In this document: one piece after another, positions 6,655-10,963 of the stretch
How the letters are laid out: each line of letters begins with the position of its first letter
How positions within the stretch are numbered: position 1 is the stretch's first letter
NCBI GenBank assembly: GCA_046498225.1
Contig: JAWOBF010000141.1
Span: 1 to 10,963 of the forward strand
Direction: 5' to 3'
DNA: 10,963 bases
DNA from: Candidatus Aegiribacteria sp.
GTDB lineage: Bacteria > Fermentibacterota > Fermentibacteria > Fermentibacterales > JCC-6
Translations under genes and position numbers: made by a program
The notes under the pieces: model-generated
What the model was told of the DNA's origin: nothing
The model's database searches: none
Seen by the model: only the letters and a program-made list of their open reading frames with translations

Positions 6655-8007
6655 ATGAACAGGCTGTGCTTGACCGTTATAGCCGGCGCGGTTATTCCGC
6701 TGCTTCTCCTCTCAGCCTGCGGCGGCGGGGAGAAGAAAGCCGGAAACCCGGACATCCTGCTGATCGTGATAGATTCAATAAGACCGGATCATCTTTCGAT
6801 GAACGGCTATCACAGGGAGACCACCCCTGTGCTGGACAGCCTGGCGTCCGCCGGCGCGGTGTGGACCGATATGCAGGCCCAGAGCAGCTGGTCCCTTCCC
6901 GCAATGGCATCCATTCTAACCGGCCTTACCCAGCGGTCTCACATGGCCGGTCTGTACAATGGGGATTTCCATGGAATCGACCCCTCGCTCCCCACGCTTC
7001 CGCTGCTGCTTCAGAGAGGGGCCGGGTATCAGACCGCGGCTTTTTTCAATACCGTCCTTATGAGCGACAAATTCGGCTTTTCCGGCGGTTTCCATCACTT
7101 CGACTGCAGCCGTCTCGCGGGAAAGGACCGGCTCAGAACGGCTTCGGGTACGGTTGACGATTTCCTGTCCTGGTACGATGGGGAGCGAGACCGTTCAAAG
7201 CCCCTGTTCGCGGTGATACACTTCAGCGATCCCAGTCCCCCCTTCTCACCTCCGTCCCCATGGGATACGCTCTACGCGCATCCCAAGGCTGACGGGACAT
7301 TCAACAGATTCTGGGGCGCCGGGAACCAGACGGCAGATTTCAATCGGGGACAGGTGGAGATCGACCAGGCCCGGCTTGACATATTGGCAGGTCTGTACGA
7401 TGGAGAGCTTTCCTTCACCGACAGTCAGACGGGCCGGCTGATAGCCGGTCTGAGAGAAAGGAACGGACTGGACAACACGATAATCGTGGTAACCGGGAGT
7501 CACGGCCAGGAGTTCCTGGACCACGGCGGTCTCGGCCACGGCCACACGCTGTACCAGGAACTGCTTCACGTCCCACTGATAGTCTCCGGCAGCGGCATCC
7601 CCCCGGAAGTGAGAACCGAGGTCGCCGCGCAGATGGATATTCTGCCCACTCTGCTGGCAATACCCGGGCTTGAAAAGCCGGTCTGGGCCGACGGCAGGGA
7701 CCTTTACGGAAGCGTTTCCCAGCTGGAGTCCAGGTACATACCATCGAGCAGTCTCCTGCACGGCCCGAGGGACCGCGCCTCCGTCAGGCTCGCGGACGGT
7801 ATAGTCATCGGCAATCCCGCCGACCGCGACGCCGTCTTTTTCCAGCTTCGCGCTGACCCCGAACAGCTGGAACCCATGGTCCCTTCCAGGGGGAGCCTGG
7901 ACGAGCTCTACTACTACTGGTCCCTCCCCCCCAGGGGTAACCCACCGGCTGTCCAGCTGGACAACAGCATGCGAAGGGAACTCTGGTACCTTGGATATCT
8001 GGATTGA
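6655..8007 (+). CDS. Sulfatase-like (alkaline phosphatase superfamily) lipoprotein with substituted catalytic motifs
   Basis: ATG at 6655, 1 nt after the thiC TGA, with GGAGAAGGA SD-like sequence upstream. Lipobox LLLLSA-C. Motifs PDILLIVIDSIRPDHL, TTPVLDSLA, SWSLPAMASILTG, YDGELSFTD, NTIIVVTGSHGQEF, HGHTLYQELLHVPLI, DILPTLL and C-terminal LWYLGYL. Confidence 0.85.
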   Translation: MNRLCLTVIAGAVIPLLLLSACGGGEKKAGNPDILLIVIDSIRPDHLSMNGYHRETTPVLDSLASAGAVWTDMQAQSSWSLPAMASILTGLTQRSHMAGLYNGDFHGIDPSLPTLPLLLQRGAGYQTAAFFNTVLMSDKFGFSGGFHHFDCSRLAGKDRLRTASGTVDDFLSWYDGERDRSKPLFAVIHFSDPSPPFSPPSPWDTLYAHPKADGTFNRFWGAGNQTADFNRGQVEIDQARLDILAGLYDGELSFTDSQTGRLIAGLRERNGLDNTIIVVTGSHGQEFLDHGGLGHGHTLYQELLHVPLIVSGSGIPPEVRTEVAAQMDILPTLLAIPGLEKPVWADGRDLYGSVSQLESRYIPSSSLLHGPRDRASVRLADGIVIGNPADRDAVFFQLRADPEQLEPMVPSRGSLDELYYYWSLPPRGNPPAVQLDNSMRRELWYLGYLD

Positions 8008-8017
8008 TCTCAAGGAG

Positions 8018-8046
8018 TTGCGGTTTATCATCCATGGTGCTATTTA
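8018..8046 (+). promoter_or_regulatory. Putative sigma70-type promoter for the 8098-8424 gene
   Basis: TTGCGG (8018-8023), 17 nt spacer, TATTTA (8041-8046), with an extended -10 TG at 8038-8039, in an AT-rich intergenic stretch. Confidence 0.4.
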
Positions 8047-8074
8047 TTCTACTGCAGTTCTGTCCTGCCGGCCG

Positions 8075-8096
8075 ATGCCGGAGAGAGGAGAACAGG
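8075..8096 (+). repeat. Imperfect direct repeat, copy 1 (partner at 9666-9686)
   Basis: ATGCCGG-AGA-GAGGAGAACAGG (8075-8096) vs ATGCCGG-CC-GAGGAGAACAGG (9666-9686). Also TGCCGGCCGA at 8066-8075 is identical to 9667-9676. Confidence 0.5.
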
Positions 8097-8097
8097 C

Positions 8098-8424
8098 ATG
8101 AAGCACCTGATGATACCCGCCTCATGGAAAAGCGCCGCGGCCATGAGAAAGACCATAGAGAGCAGGGAGAACGAGAACTGGAGCGTTGTCGCCCTGGGGG
8201 ATATTTCCGGGGCTAACACCCTTATTCTAGCCAACGACGGCCGCCGTTACGAGCATGAGGTAATCCAGATATTCTGGAGACTCAGAGGGAACGTGAAGGA
8301 CATAATCGCCGAGAAACAGCAAGAGGGCTGGAAGGTGGCTACAGTGGGCGCATGTCTGGGAAGTACTCTCCTCATCCTCAAGAGGCTGGTGGACAGGGAT
8401 GAAGCTGACCGGCCTTCCCCTTAG
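8098..8424 (+). CDS. Small hypothetical protein made of two tandem DUF4177-like units
   Basis: Strong SD GAGGAG at 8085-8090. Internal duplication KHLMI..W...RKTIESRENENWSVVALG....TLIL vs YEHEVI..W...KDIIAEKQQEGWKVATVG....LLILKR, resembling the DUF4177 pattern (YExxV...xxGWxxV...KR). Confidence 0.65.
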   Translation: MKHLMIPASWKSAAAMRKTIESRENENWSVVALGDISGANTLILANDGRRYEHEVIQIFWRLRGNVKDIIAEKQQEGWKVATVGACLGSTLLILKRLVDRDEADRPSP

Positions 8425-9643
8425 CAAGTTTCAGAGGAATGTACAGCAGCCACATCATCCCTCCCCCGAGGGCTATGGCCGGACCTATCCCCGCGGTGTC
8501 CGCGGCATAGCCGAATATCGGGGCCAGAACCGCCATGAGCAGAGTCTTGGTCAGCGATTCCACGGAAAGGCCCACCGACATCACCCTGGTATGGACCTTG
8601 TCGCTTATGTAGCTGACACAGAGTGGTCTTCTAAGGTTCTGTACGGTGAACAGGGCTACGTAGGCGGCCACCGTCACCGCGTGAATGGACATCATTTGAA
8701 ATACACCTGCCAGGACCAGCAATGTTGAACCGGCCAGCCATGTCACATTGATGGAGTCCACGAAACCTCTCGGTCTCCTGCTGAACCTGCCGGAGTACCT
8801 GGAAGCGGTACTGGCCAGAATGAAGAGCACGAAGTAGACAGAACCGGCAAGGATGGCGGTCCTCCTGTCCGCGGTCATGGCAGTGAGCACAGGAAGTCCC
8901 ACCGCCATGGATCTCAGTACGGGCTGGAGGTATTCCTTCAGCACCTTGAAGAAGGCGTCAAAACCGGCGGAGTTGAAAACGCTCAGGCGGGCGGTACCAT
9001 CCTTCAGCATGGAGACGGAGCGCCGCAGGCTGTCTTTGAACCCGGGACGGCGGTGGCCCTTGTGGAGGTCCGCCCAGTTCAGGACCGATGGATAGGACGC
9101 CAGGTTGAGTATGTTGATGACACAGGGAAATGCGGCGGCGAGAAAGACGTACCTGTAGCTTCCGGAAAGGAATACCAGGGTGGCGGCGATGAGCGCGTTG
9201 AGGGCTGAACCAAGCATGGAAGCGGCCCTGGTGGCCCCGTAGTAGTCGGGTTTCCATTCCTCCTGGCCGGTTATCTTCAGGTACTCCAGTATCATGGCCT
9301 TGTGGGTCCCTGTCCTGAAGGCCTCGCCGCAGGCGAACAGTATCATGGCCCCCGCCGCCGCGGTATAGGACCTGAAGAAGAAGAAGGTGAGAAAACTCAC
9401 GATGTAGGCGGCCATGGAGAAGACCATGGAGGACTTCCTGCCTCCGATGTCCGCAACGAAACCGGTCGGGACCTCCAGGATGACGGTGGACGTCTCCCGA
9501 ATGGAAAACAGTATGCCTATCTGAAGGAAGGAGAAGCCGATCTCCCTGAAATAGAGTATTATGAACGGCTCGAAGAACCGGAGGTTCTTCAGAAAACCGT
9601 AGGCGGAAAATCTGTAGAACTGCCTGTCCCTGATAAAGCTCAA
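8378..9643 (-). CDS. Major facilitator superfamily transporter
   Basis: About 12 hydrophobic segments, MFS motif A-like EVPTGFVADIGGRKSSM, GEAFRTGT, and C-terminal APIFGYAAD. TTG start with AGAGGT SD 8 nt upstream. Confidence 0.88.
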   Translation of the reverse strand: MSFIRDRQFYRFSAYGFLKNLRFFEPFIILYFREIGFSFLQIGILFSIRETSTVILEVPTGFVADIGGRKSSMVFSMAAYIVSFLTFFFFRSYTAAAGAMILFACGEAFRTGTHKAMILEYLKITGQEEWKPDYYGATRAASMLGSALNALIAATLVFLSGSYRYVFLAAAFPCVINILNLASYPSVLNWADLHKGHRRPGFKDSLRRSVSMLKDGTARLSVFNSAGFDAFFKVLKEYLQPVLRSMAVGLPVLTAMTADRRTAILAGSVYFVLFILASTASRYSGRFSRRPRGFVDSINVTWLAGSTLLVLAGVFQMMSIHAVTVAAYVALFTVQNLRRPLCVSYISDKVHTRVMSVGLSVESLTKTLLMAVLAPIFGYAADTAGIGPAIALGGGMMWLLYIPLKLAKGKAGQLHPCPPAS

Positions 9644-9655
9644 TGCATCTGACCT

Positions 9656-10303
9656 CTACAGGCTTATGCCGGCCGAGGAGAACAGGTCCGGCTCACCATC
9701 CCGGGCCTTCTCTTCCCCGCGGGGTTCAAGTACATCCAGCGAGCCATGAAGAAGCACGGTGGAGGGCTGCATCACCCACTGGCGGTCGGGGTGGCCGCGA
9801 AGCCCTGTCACGGCCTCGCCGGGAGTGAGAAGCGTAAGGTCAACCCGAATGCCGCATAGAAGTTCAACTCTCCGCAGGGCCTCACTCAAACCTTCAGGAG
9901 CTTCCTCTGCGACCACCATCAGCTTCACCGTGCAGGATTCCAGCCCCCGGTCCGAATCTGACATGGCCGCCATTTCCATATGCCGACCGCATTCATCCAC
10001 CGCCTCGGCCACCGCGGACCTGTGATCCACCAGCCCCAGCAGGAGTTCCCTGAGCTCGCTTTCCAGGGGACAGCCTTCGGAGAGACCAAAAAGGACCTTC
10101 ACTCCCTCCCGCTCCCTGTTCACTATTCCCGCATCCACCAGGTTGCGGAGTTCGCGCTGCACGCCCCCTCTTCCGGTGCGAAGCAGAGAGACCAGCTCCA
10201 GCAGGTAGAATCTTCGCCGCGGATTGAAAAGGAAGAGGCTTAGCAGTTCCCGTCTGATCCTGCCGAACAGGGCTTCATCCAGAGACTTGTATTCATTACT
10301 CAT
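9656..10303 (-). CDS. Winged-helix (ArsR-like) DNA-binding protein fused to a degenerate nucleotidyltransferase-like domain
   Basis: N-terminal LFGRIRRELLSLFLFNPRRRFYLLELVSLLRTGRGGVQRELRNLVDAGIV...G...F...CPL..EL matches the wHTH of wHTH-MNT proteins. The C-terminal half has NTase-like spacing (MEMAAMSDSDRGLESCTVKLMVVA...LRRVELLCGIRVDLTLLT) but no GS/DxD. Start is ATG 10303 or GTG 10327. Confidence 0.75.
   Translation of the reverse strand: MSNEYKSLDEALFGRIRRELLSLFLFNPRRRFYLLELVSLLRTGRGGVQRELRNLVDAGIVNREREGVKVLFGLSEGCPLESELRELLLGLVDHRSAVAEAVDECGRHMEMAAMSDSDRGLESCTVKLMVVAEEAPEGLSEALRRVELLCGIRVDLTLLTPGEAVTGLRGHPDRQWVMQPSTVLLHGSLDVLEPRGEEKARDGEPDLFSSAGISL
9666..9686 (+). repeat. Imperfect direct repeat, copy 2 (partner at 8075-8096)
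   Basis: ATGCCGGCCGAGGAGAACAGG, 19 identical positions with copy 1. It lies within the last codons of the wHTH gene on the opposite strand. Confidence 0.5.
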
Positions 10304-10351
10304 ATTGGGTATCTGATTACGGGTCACAGGTCTGTCAAGAGGTCTTTTCTG

Positions 10352-10963
10352 TCAGATGACCCGCAGTTCCCGCCCTGTTTCGGAAAAGGCGCCGACGCAC
10401 CTGTCAACCTGTTCAGTGGTATGTGCGGCTGACAGCTGTATACGTATTCTGGACTCTCCCCTGGGTACCACCGGGTAGAAGAAACCGATGGCGTAGACAC
10501 CCTTCTTAAGAAGTTCATCGGCGAAACGCTGGGCCAGGGCGGCGTCATCGGGAAGGTGGCCGAAGAGTACCGGCACTATGGGATGGTCTCCTTCGATTAT
10601 TCTGAAGCCAGCCTCCTTTATCTTCCTTCTGAACCTCCTCTGGTTCTTCCTCAGCCTGTCCCTCTCGCTGCTGGAGGTCTCTATCATGTCCAGTACCGCC
10701 AGGGTCGTACCGGCTATGACAGGGGCCAGCGTATTGGAGAAGAGGTAGGGCCGGGACCTCTGCCTGAGCATCTCGACAACTTCCGAGGGGCCTGAGGTAA
10801 AACCTCCTGACGCGCCGCCGAGAGCCTTGCCGAAAGTAGAGGTCACTATGTCCACCCTGTCCATCACTCCATGGTACTCGATGGACCCTCTTCCCCTCTC
10901 TCCGATGAATCCCGTCGCGTGGGAATCGTCCACTATGAGAAGGGCCCTGTACTTCTCAGCCAG
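10352..10963 (-). CDS. kbl: Glycine C-acetyltransferase (2-amino-3-ketobutyrate CoA ligase), 3' part; 5' truncated by window edge
   Basis: Frame is open to the window end (LAEKYRALLIVDDSHATGFIG...). PLP-binding motifs DDSHA and STFGKALGGASGGF, then LRQRSRPYLFSN, HPIVPV and GFFYPVVPRGESRIRIQLSAAHT. Confidence 0.93.
   Translation of the reverse strand: MAEKYRALLIVDDSHATGFIGERGRGSIEYHGVMDRVDIVTSTFGKALGGASGGFTSGPSEVVEMLRQRSRPYLFSNTLAPVIAGTTLAVLDMIETSSSERDRLRKNQRRFRRKIKEAGFRIIEGDHPIVPVLFGHLPDDAALAQRFADELLKKGVYAIGFFYPVVPRGESRIRIQLSAAHTTEQVDRCVGAFSETGRELRVI

Noticed and set aside
9656..10327. Intact MNT-HEPN toxin-antitoxin system
   Set aside because: There is no HEPN (RxxxxH) partner gene adjacent and the NTase catalytic motif is absent.

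Overview
GC-rich, gene-dense bacterial chromosomal window. I saw no mobile element, CRISPR array, tRNA or rRNA. In order it holds: the 3' end of an S9 prolyl-oligopeptidase-family gene; a secreted 8-repeat FG-GAP beta-propeller with a T9SS/Por-like C-terminal domain (suggesting an FCB-superphylum organism, inference only); an SDR-type L-threonine 3-dehydrogenase (tdh); a secreted HEAT-repeat/cyclophilin fusion coupled to a DUF2007-like gene; a divergent intergenic region with a compact TPP riboswitch; thiC followed 1 nt later by a sulfatase-like lipoprotein with a substituted active site; a small tandem DUF4177-like protein; an MFS transporter; a winged-helix protein fused to a degenerate nucleotidyltransferase domain; and the 3' part of kbl. 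The two best candidates for undescribed biology are (i) a TPP-riboswitch/thiC unit carrying an apparently catalytically remodelled sulfatase-fold lipoprotein and (ii) an orphan wHTH-'dead NTase' protein directly upstream of an MFS gene, with repeats in its upstream region. All family calls come from motif recognition by eye; no searches were run.
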